From the IMG/VR virus record IMGVR_UViG_3300036715_002842, positions 41,576 through 105,575 of that record: a stretch of 64,000 bases of DNA; one strand, 5' to 3'. This document shows, piece by piece, positions 8,768 to 16,938 of the stretch. The stretch is from a virus. The translations under genes were made by a program, and so were the position numbers. Each line of letters starts with the position of its first letter. Positions within the stretch are counted from its first letter, which is position 1. The notes under the pieces are model-generated. The model was not told the DNA's origin. It worked only from the letters and a program-made list of their open reading frames with translations, and did not search any database.

Positions 8768-8805
8768 AAATGGTTGGTACTACCCAAAATGGTTGGTACT
8801 ACCCA
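8768..8805. repeat. Perfect 19-bp tandem duplication (AAATGGTTGGTACTACCCA x2) at the predicted transcription start
   Basis: Copies at 8768-8786 and 8787-8805. Confidence 0.9.
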
Positions 8806-8812
8806 AAGACTA

Positions 8813-8841
8813 ATTATAACCCCGGATCTTTCGTTTGCCAA
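8813..8841 (-). promoter_or_regulatory. Sigma70-type promoter TTGGCA-N17-TATAAT
   Basis: -35 at 8836-8841 and -10 at 8813-8818 on the minus strand. Confidence 0.75.
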
Positions 8842-8905
8842 GGTTTGACGGAAAAATTATTTTACCCTTGGCTTCATGGTTACATATCAGTGACGATCTT
8901 GATGG

Positions 8906-9943
8906 TCATGGCTGACTCCCAGAAGTAAGGACGTTTCGTTCCATGGGCTGACCGTGCATCCAGTGTTTCACGGTCTGGACATGGGAGGCCCGGACGAACT
9001 TCCCAACCTTGACCCGAAACTCAGAGAAGGGGAATGCCTCGGCCACCCGGACCACATAGCCCTCCTGGCGATCCCATTTGCGCTTGTCCCACAAGGCGCG
9101 GATGGCCTTTTCGTCATAGATTCCGTCGTAGAGTACGGGAACAGGAGTAATCCCCAACAGGGCAAACCATTCCAGCGTCTCGTCCCAGGGGAGGCAGATG
9201 TTCCGGTCATCCCAGATGGAGAACCCAAGCAGGTAGCTGGGAAGGCCGTCGTAGCCGATGGAATGCTTGGCGTAGAGGTTTTCGCCGCACACTCGCCATC
9301 CTTCCGGGATGTCCATACGGATCTGGGACCAGAATTGCTTGACCCAGTTCCGGCTGGGGTGACTGCGCCCATCCAGGCTCCGAGCGTGGATGTGATCCTG
9401 GTAGAGGGACGTGTTTTCTCCGTCCATTTTCTCGGTAACGATCACCCGCTTCCCTGCGAGGGCTGCGGTGGAATCCATCATTCGGTCGTCGTCGTTCATT
9501 CCCTCCGACCATGGCAGATGGTGGGTCCTGGGATACTTGACCCAGTGGGTGAATAGGCTAAGAACGCCGCCAATGGCGAGCACCTTCTGAACGCTCTCGT
9601 CATGGAACAACTCCCCCTTGAGGCGCTGGCCATTGGGGAGGATGGGATTCCCCCACTTGTCATAAGGCTGGTCCGCGTAGAGATGTGGTGGGAGCAAAGA
9701 TTTGGTGATCCCGCAGGCGTTACGAACATCCTCGGTGGAGATCTCTGTGGTTTCGCACCGCATGTGGTGATCGCCACAAACGGAAGCGCCGTTGTCGAGG
9801 TAGTAGCCTCCGTCCGGCCACAGTCTGCGTTCCAGGATGTGGTGGGCGTCCGCAGCAGGTTCCCCGCAGAAGACACAGCGGCCCTTGGCGCGAGCAAACA
9901 CGGCCTCGCGGAAAGCGTCTCTGGTTAGCAGCAGGGCGTTCAT
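8906..9943 (-). CDS. HNH-domain / Rnl2-type RNA ligase fusion protein
   Basis: N-terminal CxxC...AHHI...NG..VC..HH (HNH); C-terminal YPRTHHLPWS, TEKMDGEN (motif I), GENLY, EGYVVR, KFVR; visibly higher GC than its flanks. Confidence 0.85.
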   Translation of the reverse strand: MNALLLTRDAFREAVFARAKGRCVFCGEPAADAHHILERRLWPDGGYYLDNGASVCGDHHMRCETTEISTEDVRNACGITKSLLPPHLYADQPYDKWGNPILPNGQRLKGELFHDESVQKVLAIGGVLSLFTHWVKYPRTHHLPWSEGMNDDDRMMDSTAALAGKRVIVTEKMDGENTSLYQDHIHARSLDGRSHPSRNWVKQFWSQIRMDIPEGWRVCGENLYAKHSIGYDGLPSYLLGFSIWDDRNICLPWDETLEWFALLGITPVPVLYDGIYDEKAIRALWDKRKWDRQEGYVVRVAEAFPFSEFRVKVGKFVRASHVQTVKHWMHGQPMERNVLTSGSQP

Positions 9944-10064
9944 TGGGTGGTTCCTTTCGAGTTGGATTCATTACATTTCAGACGCTACCGTATGGCGTAC
10001 CTGTGGGTGTATCCCCTTGAATTCTGGCTCGTAGTGTTTCAAAGCGGTTTCACTCTTAAAAAAG

Positions 10065-10136
10065 TCCCCACGGTGGTAGTCGAAACCACGACACAGTGTT
10101 TTAGAAGCACCTGCTCTACCGTTGAGCTACGTGGGG
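10065..10136 (-). tRNA. tRNA with CUA anticodon (amber suppressor); CCA end not encoded
   Basis: CCCCACG-TA-GCTC-AACGGTA-GAGC-A-GGTGC-TT[CTA]AA-ACACT-GTGTC-GTGGT-TTCGACT-ACCAC-CGTGGGG-A folds as a cloverleaf; has a C31:A39 mismatch and T53-A61. Confidence 0.8.
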
Positions 10137-10155
10137 AAAGATCTGCTACCTAGAA

Positions 10156-10183
10156 AGAATAACCTTGAATTTTGAATTGTCAA
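10156..10183 (-). promoter_or_regulatory. Promoter for the tRNA: TTGACA-N16-TATTCT
   Basis: Perfect -35; the -10 lies about 20 nt upstream of the tRNA 5' end. Confidence 0.6.
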
Positions 10184-10195
10184 TCCGAAATTATG

Positions 10196-10222
10196 AAAAA
10201 GCGACCAGTTCTCTGGTCGCTC
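10196..10222 (-). terminator. Intrinsic terminator after the actin-like gene
   Basis: GCGACCAG-AGAA-CTGGTCGC-TTTTT. Confidence 0.75.
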
Positions 10223-10250
10223 TTAAGAACAGGAAGAAAAGTTAAATTAT

Positions 10251-11240
10251 CTATTCATCTGAGTGCGCCAGGGCAGCGAACAGGCACCCCTTCGCGATAG
10301 CCTTCAGAGGATCCTCAGCACGAACTACCTTGCCAATCTTGATGGGGAGGTTCTGCGCCTTGAGAGCCTCTTCGAACAGTTCGATGAACCCGCCGGGAAG
10401 AGAGGTTCCACCTGCGACTGCGATCTTGGGCGGCTTCTGGAAGTCTGGTAGCTTCGCCATGCCAAGGAGTTTGTCCTTGATTTGCTTGGCTACGTACTCC
10501 AACATCGCCTTGTAGTAGTACGAAATGGCTTCCTCGGTCTGATCCTTGGGCTTGCGGAGATCAATGATCCCCTCCTTTGCGAGCATAGCCTTGACCGTGG
10601 AGATACCCAGAGAGGTGGAAACGTTCTTGTCAATGTAGTCACCGGAACGGGCTACGGAGAAGTTGAAGGCTTCCACACTCAATTGTGCGCAGCAGACATT
10701 GCACATGCCAGCGCCCCACGAAACACCAAAGCCAGAAAGATTGTCCTCGAGGAGTTCACTGTAAATGACCGACAGACCTTCATTGAGTGGTACTGGAGTG
10801 TAACCCATGTCGGTTAGGATCTTGTTGAACACATTCGAGTGGTAAACTGCATTGAACTCCTGATCGACTGGATCCCCTGGGACGGAGTAGACCACCTTTT
10901 CTTTCTTGGTGGCAGGAGCCCCAAGGGACTCTTTGATGATCGCCTGGATGATTGGCAGCGCCTTAATCTCATGGGGATTGAGAACACCTTGCGACATAGG
11001 TCGCTTGGGCTCACTGTTGAAAGCGCTAGCGAGCTCCAGTGCCTGCTGACCTAAAGCAGAAATTTCCCCCTCAAGTTCCACGTAAGGTGCACCCACCTTC
11101 TTGAGCATCGATTTTACGAAGGGGGATTTCTCTACTGGTACGAAGATATTGCGGAAAGCTTTGTACTCGAAGCTCTCCCCATCTGCACCAACCCTCGCAG
11201 CTACGATATTTCCAGTTCCCAAATCTAGTCCACAGGGCAT
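10251..11240 (-). CDS. Actin-fold ATPase, volactin-like
   Basis: GLDLGTGNIV (phosphate 1), RPMSQG, P.DPVD, PLNEGLSVIYSEL, SWGAGMCNV (phosphate 2), SVARSGDYID, AGGTS (adenosine). Confidence 0.8.
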   Translation of the reverse strand: MPCGLDLGTGNIVAARVGADGESFEYKAFRNIFVPVEKSPFVKSMLKKVGAPYVELEGEISALGQQALELASAFNSEPKRPMSQGVLNPHEIKALPIIQAIIKESLGAPATKKEKVVYSVPGDPVDQEFNAVYHSNVFNKILTDMGYTPVPLNEGLSVIYSELLEDNLSGFGVSWGAGMCNVCCAQLSVEAFNFSVARSGDYIDKNVSTSLGISTVKAMLAKEGIIDLRKPKDQTEEAISYYYKAMLEYVAKQIKDKLLGMAKLPDFQKPPKIAVAGGTSLPGGFIELFEEALKAQNLPIKIGKVVRAEDPLKAIAKGCLFAALAHSDE

Positions 11241-11305
11241 ACGGACTCCTCTGAATTTTTAACCTTCTTGGCTCTTCTTTTGAATCTCGAATCTTTTATC
11301 GCAGA

Positions 11306-11833
11306 TCATTGAGCGGATTTCCTCAGTTTTGCCTTGAGGTCTGATAAGGACCCGACCTTCGATTTTGATTCTTCCATGGATATCTGAATATCTTCCACAC
11401 CTTTAATGCTTGGTACGAAAACATCGATTGGGCTATCTTTCGAGATTTGAGAAGAAGGGGTACCCCCATTAATTACAAGTGCACCAAGTGCTTCGAGAAG
11501 ATCCGCTTTTGTAAGTCCAGTAGGTTGAGGTGTCGGCATTTCCCTTGGCAGAGTTGCCAGATGCTCCCCCACGACTTCTTTGAGCATACTTCTCAGATCT
11601 TCTCGATCAATGGTAGGTACTACTGGGGAAGGTGGCACTGGATCTGCTAGATCCAGGAACTCGAAGGAGAAGATGGTTCCCATCGTCTGCCAATCGGGTG
11701 GGAGAGATGCGGCCGAGACCACCACCCAGGTTCCAGGTTCCAGAAACTTATTGGCTATCCAGGCGCCAATCGAACCAGACTGGCTACGGTGAGAGATGTT
11801 GGTGATTTTGACCAATCGTTCCATTAATGGCAC
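11306..11833 (-). CDS. Hypothetical protein, possible partner of the actin-like protein
   Basis: 175 aa with Pro-rich linkers, directly upstream of the actin gene. Confidence 0.6.
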   Translation of the reverse strand: MPLMERLVKITNISHRSQSGSIGAWIANKFLEPGTWVVVSAASLPPDWQTMGTIFSFEFLDLADPVPPSPVVPTIDREDLRSMLKEVVGEHLATLPREMPTPQPTGLTKADLLEALGALVINGGTPSSQISKDSPIDVFVPSIKGVEDIQISMEESKSKVGSLSDLKAKLRKSAQ

Positions 11834-12123
11834 TTTTCAAAGATTCGAAGGTCGCCCAGATCGAACGAGACCTGTATTCCGAACGAGTCCTTCGCAGCTT
11901 TTTCTAACTTTGCAACCAGAACGTGAACTGGAGGATCTACGGAGTTGTCACACTCACCCCGCTTTATTTCCAGGATTCTTGAGGACTTGAAGCAAAGATA
12001 GAAGGATTCTTCATCAAATTCCATATAAAACGGGGAAGTAGCCATTCCCACCCGGTAATTGATATCCGGGGACCATTTGAAATATCTTTGTGAAACGGTT
12101 TTCATAAGTTCACGAATTTTCAT
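11824..12123 (-). CDS. Hypothetical protein
   Basis: 99-aa ORF overlapping both neighbours. Confidence 0.6.
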   Translation of the reverse strand: MKIRELMKTVSQRYFKWSPDINYRVGMATSPFYMEFDEESFYLCFKSSRILEIKRGECDNSVDPPVHVLVAKLEKAAKDSFGIQVSFDLGDLRIFEKCH

Positions 12124-13805
12124 ATTTTCACCAATTCAAATTTTAATTGTCCGCAATCCCAGATTCGAAGGATTCCCGCTTGATCCATAATTTCTTTCTG
12201 CGTTCCAGAAAGGTGTGGAAATCTCTTTGATAACTTATCGTGTGTGTAGTTCAAACGGTTGATTCTGAAGTCTCTGAAATTTTCAAAACCATGAAAACTG
12301 GGCGGAATTTCACCCACAAGACTGAAACCAGTTTTTAGATACAATTCCCCACGACTCCAACATCCATCAGCAAAGGTGTAAATTCTTTTCCAATTTACCT
12401 TTCTTTTGAAGTGTTCGAGAAGTTTAGAAAATCCACCTACAACACTGCAAGAGGTTGCGTAACGATTGAGATCGTAGGACCCATTTCCCATGGATTTGAG
12501 GGTTAACATCGCAACGAGAGCACCCCCATTCTGAAGCGCGTAGGTTATCGAACCAGCGCCATCCCCTTTGATATGATTTGTCTCATAGAAACTCTTCTTT
12601 TGCTGTGAAGTTGGAATTAAGATTGAACATTTTCTAGCAAAAACTCTTTCTTTTTCTAATCCAACGAAAGCTCGAATTTTCTTTTCAAGTAGGGTTCTCT
12701 TAAGTAACCAATCATCCGACCAGATATGAATCAACCTAATTCCCAACCGTTCACATTCGAGGGTCTTTTCGTGGTGGTACTCTGGTTTTTGATGGAGTTC
12801 TGAATGCCAGTAAAGACCGTTGTATTCAAAAGCTAGTTTGAAATCTGGTAGATAAACATCTATTTCTTTTCTAGATTCAGAAATCTTACCCACCATTTTC
12901 GCTAGTTTCTGAAAAGATAACCTTGCTATCGTTTTCAATTCTAGAGAATCTATGAAGTCAATGAAAGATCTTTCTTCCGCACTACTTCCCTGGTTAGCAA
13001 AACCTCTTAACTCCAAATTGGAGTATTTCCAGAAGTAATTCGAAGCACCTGCCGCGTTGATTCCAAGTTCAGCTGCAATCTGATCAATACTTCTTTGTTT
13101 GTTGCAATACTCTTCTTTCCAGAATTCTTCTGAAGTAATTTTTTCGATGATTGCTTGAGGAAGCTTAGGTCTTTGAACAATTCTGCGTCCCCTCGAACTC
13201 TGGATAAAATGGGCCACACCATACTTTCTTAGACTAGTCTCCCTACTTTTCAACTTTATTGATTCAAGTACCGCTGGATTTTCTACCCCATATTTCTGTA
13301 AACAGGTGGCTTTCATCTTTAATCTTATTGATTTTTGTAAGTCAACATTTTTCAATTTCTCCGATATTTTTTCTTTGACTTCCACCGCCTGACTAGCGTT
13401 TTCAACTCCAAACCTTTCCAAGTTAGTTTCTTTCATTCGTTGCTTAACTATATCGGATTGAGCTGGGTGATGAGTTCCATAGTGATTTTGAGAAGTTTCG
13501 GCTTTCTTCTTCTTAACTATATCAGATTGACTAGCATTTTCAACTCCGAACCGTTCCAAGTTCGTTTCTTTCATTCGTTGCTTAACTATATCAGATTGAC
13601 TAGCATTTTCAACTCCGAACCGTTCTAAGTTCGTTTTTCTACACTTGTCAAGAATTTCTTCTTTAGAGGTCTCTAAAATTCGAAGTCTACTTTCACTTTT
13701 TCTTTTTCTTGTTGCTGGACAAGAGTTTGCGGATTTTCCACATCGAGAAGGTTTTTCCGGTGGAAACACCGCAATTAAACCACACCCATACTTACACAAC
13801 TTCAT
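12120..13805 (-). CDS. Free-standing homing-type endonuclease (Cys-rich N-term, KxTNLERFGVEN repeats, PD-(D/E)xK domain, conserved C-terminal domain); paralog 1
   Basis: EIDVYLPDFKLAFEYNGLYWHS, GIRLIHIWSDDW, YDLNRYA, RIWDCGQ; AT-rich relative to its neighbours. Confidence 0.75.
   Translation of the reverse strand: MKLCKYGCGLIAVFPPEKPSRCGKSANSCPATRKRKSESRLRILETSKEEILDKCRKTNLERFGVENASQSDIVKQRMKETNLERFGVENASQSDIVKKKKAETSQNHYGTHHPAQSDIVKQRMKETNLERFGVENASQAVEVKEKISEKLKNVDLQKSIRLKMKATCLQKYGVENPAVLESIKLKSRETSLRKYGVAHFIQSSRGRRIVQRPKLPQAIIEKITSEEFWKEEYCNKQRSIDQIAAELGINAAGASNYFWKYSNLELRGFANQGSSAEERSFIDFIDSLELKTIARLSFQKLAKMVGKISESRKEIDVYLPDFKLAFEYNGLYWHSELHQKPEYHHEKTLECERLGIRLIHIWSDDWLLKRTLLEKKIRAFVGLEKERVFARKCSILIPTSQQKKSFYETNHIKGDGAGSITYALQNGGALVAMLTLKSMGNGSYDLNRYATSCSVVGGFSKLLEHFKRKVNWKRIYTFADGCWSRGELYLKTGFSLVGEIPPSFHGFENFRDFRINRLNYTHDKLSKRFPHLSGTQKEIMDQAGILRIWDCGQLKFELVKI
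13395..13640. repeat. Coding tandem repeats with about 69-nt period (KETNLERFGVENASQSDIVK)
   Basis: Near-identical DNA blocks, e.g. CTTAACTATATCAGATTGACTAGCATTTTCAACTCCGAACCGTTC twice. Confidence 0.8.
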
Positions 13806-15391
13806 AGTGAAGCCGCCATATCATTTTCTTTCACTCCACCAGTTAGATCCGTCACCTGGTAGTTAAGAACGTTCGTGCAGACCTTCTTGAACTTCGCAGC
13901 ACACCCATATAATATCCCAGTACCGGAATCCGCCCAGTAATAGGTTCGTGGCAAGAACTTGCGTGCGTAGAAGCGCTGCACTCGACCAATTACCTGCTCA
14001 ATGAATACCTCGTTCGCGGTTGGGCAAACGATGTGTAAGGTATCAATGCAGGGGATATCAGTTCCCTCGGAGAACAGTTGCTTGGTTGCCACGAGGACAT
14101 CAATCTTGTTGTTGTAGATTATATTGATCTGCGCACGCATGTCGGCGTTCAAATCCAATTTCTTTACCTCTTCGAGGAACTGTGGCCAAGTGAGGATTGG
14201 ATCCCAGTCGATCTCATTCGCTGCGGCAAGAGAAGAGGTTACGTAGTCAATTGCTTTCTCAAGACCTGTGATCCGGTCAACCAGACTATCTCGATCGGCC
14301 TTCTTCATTGGCCCAGTGACACAGGCGGCGCTGATGCCAGAACTTATGAGCATCGCAGCCAGATTTTCAGCGTGGGCGACTCGCTCGGTAATCACCAGAA
14401 TACGCCTATTTTCAGCCTGATTCTGAATTACCTTTTGGACTATCTTCTCATTGCGCGCCTTGTTTTTCACCACGACCGACATGACGGAAACCCAGTTCAT
14501 GTTCTGCGGCAAAGGGAAGTGGCAGCCCTTGAGAATCTCGATCTCGCAGTTGTTCTTTACCTTACTCTCATACCGAACGGGTCCGAGAAGATCTGGAAGG
14601 AGAAGATGGTAGTTGTCCTTCCGCTTGGGAGTTGCGGAAACCCCCACAAAGATCTGCGGGTTCATGTACTTCAGGATCTTTGTCAAACTAGCGGCAGGAG
14701 CGCGATGGCACTCATCCACCATCACTAATCCGAAAAGATTTTGGATTTTCTTCAGTCGATTCACTACATCGTAGTTCACTAGCTGGTAAGTCGAAACTGT
14801 AATGGGATAATAGACCGGTTCCCCGTTCTTGTCGAATTCGAGCTCCCCAACCAACTTTCTGCCAGTTTGAGCTTCAAGTTCGTTGATGTTGGTGTAATCT
14901 CGCAACCTAGTAACGAATTGGTCCTTCAAGTCTACCTTGTTCACTAGGAGAAGGATCTTTTGTTGCTGGAGAGTGATGAACGCAGTCATCACTACAGTCT
15001 TACCATAAGCCGGTGGAGCCTGGAAGATACCACCAATGTTCGGGGTAATGAATGCTTTGATTCCGGCTTTCTGATCATCCTTCAACTTACCGGTGAACTG
15101 TAAATCTAATCCAAGGGGGGCATTGGTTCTACGATCATCAAACTCGAAGTCTTTGAAGAGGTATTGGATCTTGTTAACATCCCCACGGCAGAAAGCGATG
15201 TACTCCCCAACCGGACGGTACATACGTACATACTCTTCGAGGACTGGGTTGTCCTCATAGTTGTCGTACCCGAAGTCAACCTTCTGTTCGAACCGGTATG
15301 TGAAGGACTGCAGAATCGAGGGATTCTGTTCGACCCACACCCTTGGCACGTAGAGTGCATCTGCGAGAATTGCTTTCACGGCACACCTCAA
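13802..15391 (-). CDS. SF2 DExH helicase (UvsW/ResIII-like)
   Basis: APPAYGKT, VDECH, SAT, SEGTD, QVIGRVQR. Confidence 0.85.
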   Translation of the reverse strand: MRCAVKAILADALYVPRVWVEQNPSILQSFTYRFEQKVDFGYDNYEDNPVLEEYVRMYRPVGEYIAFCRGDVNKIQYLFKDFEFDDRRTNAPLGLDLQFTGKLKDDQKAGIKAFITPNIGGIFQAPPAYGKTVVMTAFITLQQQKILLLVNKVDLKDQFVTRLRDYTNINELEAQTGRKLVGELEFDKNGEPVYYPITVSTYQLVNYDVVNRLKKIQNLFGLVMVDECHRAPAASLTKILKYMNPQIFVGVSATPKRKDNYHLLLPDLLGPVRYESKVKNNCEIEILKGCHFPLPQNMNWVSVMSVVVKNKARNEKIVQKVIQNQAENRRILVITERVAHAENLAAMLISSGISAACVTGPMKKADRDSLVDRITGLEKAIDYVTSSLAAANEIDWDPILTWPQFLEEVKKLDLNADMRAQINIIYNNKIDVLVATKQLFSEGTDIPCIDTLHIVCPTANEVFIEQVIGRVQRFYARKFLPRTYYWADSGTGILYGCAAKFKKVCTNVLNYQVTDLTGGVKENDMAASL

Positions 15392-15718
15392 TACGATTAA
15401 CCATAATTTTAAGGGAAAGAGCGGACTTAGTCGACCCTTTGCTTAGTGCCGTTTTCCTTTGCTTTCCGTTTCTGAACTTTCTTCGTGAGCAATCTTGGTG
15501 CTGGGTACCCTGGCCAGAGGTGTGTCGTGAGTGACTTCTTTTCATCGAAAAAGCCCCGCTAAATCCTGCTAGTTTAAAACAGAAATTTTCTTGGAAAAAG
15601 AACTTAATTGAGGAACTCGAAAAACGGTTCGAGAAAAAGAACTCATAAAAATATCCTCTACAAATATATGGGGATTTCTGTACCACTTCACATTATCCAA
15701 TTTATAAGCCTATATAAA

Positions 15719-16849
15719 TTATCTTGGCCCCAATTTGCGACTCCAGGAAACTGCTTGATTCCATCTGTCTTTTTTCTCAATCCCAGGTATCCTCTTACAG
15801 TACTCCAAATAGTCTTCTTCGGACTGGAATCTGTACACTAGTTTTCCTAACTCATCGTGCCACCGACCATTTTTGATTTTCATCTTCTCAGGTGCTGACA
15901 ACAGTTCGGTCTTGGGGAGGTTTCTCAGAATCTCGCCAAACTCTCTTATTGCTCTGTAGGTCTTTGCTTTGTTCAAGGTGCTTTTCTCAATACACTGGAT
16001 CTGATGGTACTTTCTCAATAATCGTATCGCGTCGCTCACATAGGGTTGATGGCTCACTTCATTGGGGAACACTCTCTTAAAGGTCTTCACCATATAGTCT
16101 TGAGGAAGATCTGCTCCCTTCAGAAAATTCGAGCTTCCCAACATAAAAAGGCAGACCTTCACCATCTCTCTTCTTTGCTTTGGAGTGGCTTCAAATGTCT
16201 CCATCAAGGAATCAAGTTCCTTATATTCTGTTGGCATCGACCATTCATGCTCTAGACGGCTAGTAGGAATGTTTTTATAGAACAGGAATGTCTTGGGTAT
16301 CACTCTTGGAGGATTCTCAAAGGTCTCTTTAGACAGGAAGAAGACGGTCATAGCAGACAATCTACTATCGAACTTGCACTCAAATCTACACTTCTTCAGG
16401 ATCAACTTCAGGTACTCTTCCAGATCCTTCGCTCTCTTAGGACCATGAATCTGAACGTGGAACAGCGCTTTCTTCTTACCACTTGGGGTAGTAACGAGAA
16501 CAGCGCTAGAAGCGAGCTCCTCTATTCTCGAAGTATCTTCTACATCCCAGTCGAGGACGAGAAAATTCGAAAGGTTGGCTTGAATAATAGGGTGGAAATC
16601 CTTACCCTTTGTCGCGGCCAGCTCCATCTCACGAGTCAGATCTTCTTTATATTCACCAACTTTACGTAGGAACTTGGTCGGCTCCTTCACCTTTCTCCAT
16701 AGGAAAGAGTCGAAGTTCAGCACTCTTGGGGCACTCATCTCAATAAGAGTGGTTTTGAATGCCTCCGGTTTCGGGAGGGGAACGTCCCAAGTCTGAAGAT
16801 CTTCTAGGGAAGGTAGCTCATCCAAGTTCGAAATCAGGGTTGCAGTCAT
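15719..16849 (-). CDS. Hypothetical protein with a primase-polymerase-like N-terminal motif
   Basis: FLVLDWDV and VTTPSGKK resemble AEP/PrimPol motifs I-II, but the motif-II His is not seen. Confidence 0.35.
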   Translation of the reverse strand: MTATLISNLDELPSLEDLQTWDVPLPKPEAFKTTLIEMSAPRVLNFDSFLWRKVKEPTKFLRKVGEYKEDLTREMELAATKGKDFHPIIQANLSNFLVLDWDVEDTSRIEELASSAVLVTTPSGKKKALFHVQIHGPKRAKDLEEYLKLILKKCRFECKFDSRLSAMTVFFLSKETFENPPRVIPKTFLFYKNIPTSRLEHEWSMPTEYKELDSLMETFEATPKQRREMVKVCLFMLGSSNFLKGADLPQDYMVKTFKRVFPNEVSHQPYVSDAIRLLRKYHQIQCIEKSTLNKAKTYRAIREFGEILRNLPKTELLSAPEKMKIKNGRWHDELGKLVYRFQSEEDYLEYCKRIPGIEKKDRWNQAVSWSRKLGPR

Positions 16850-16938
16850 ATGAGTAGTTAACGCATAATTTCGGGGGATTAGGAATGTCCCTCATATTTT
16901 GTGCTCTCAGGTTACTTATTTCTATTCGAGGAGTGAAC

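Noticed and set aside
8768-8805. CRISPR array (also considered for 41328-41393 and 13395-13640)
   Set aside because: Adjacent tandem copies without spacers; the other two are in-frame coding repeats; no cas genes seen.
10065-10136. Reading the tRNA as Arg(TCT)
   Set aside because: Centring TCT in a 7-nt loop destroys the anticodon stem; the GGTG/CACT pairing centres CTA.
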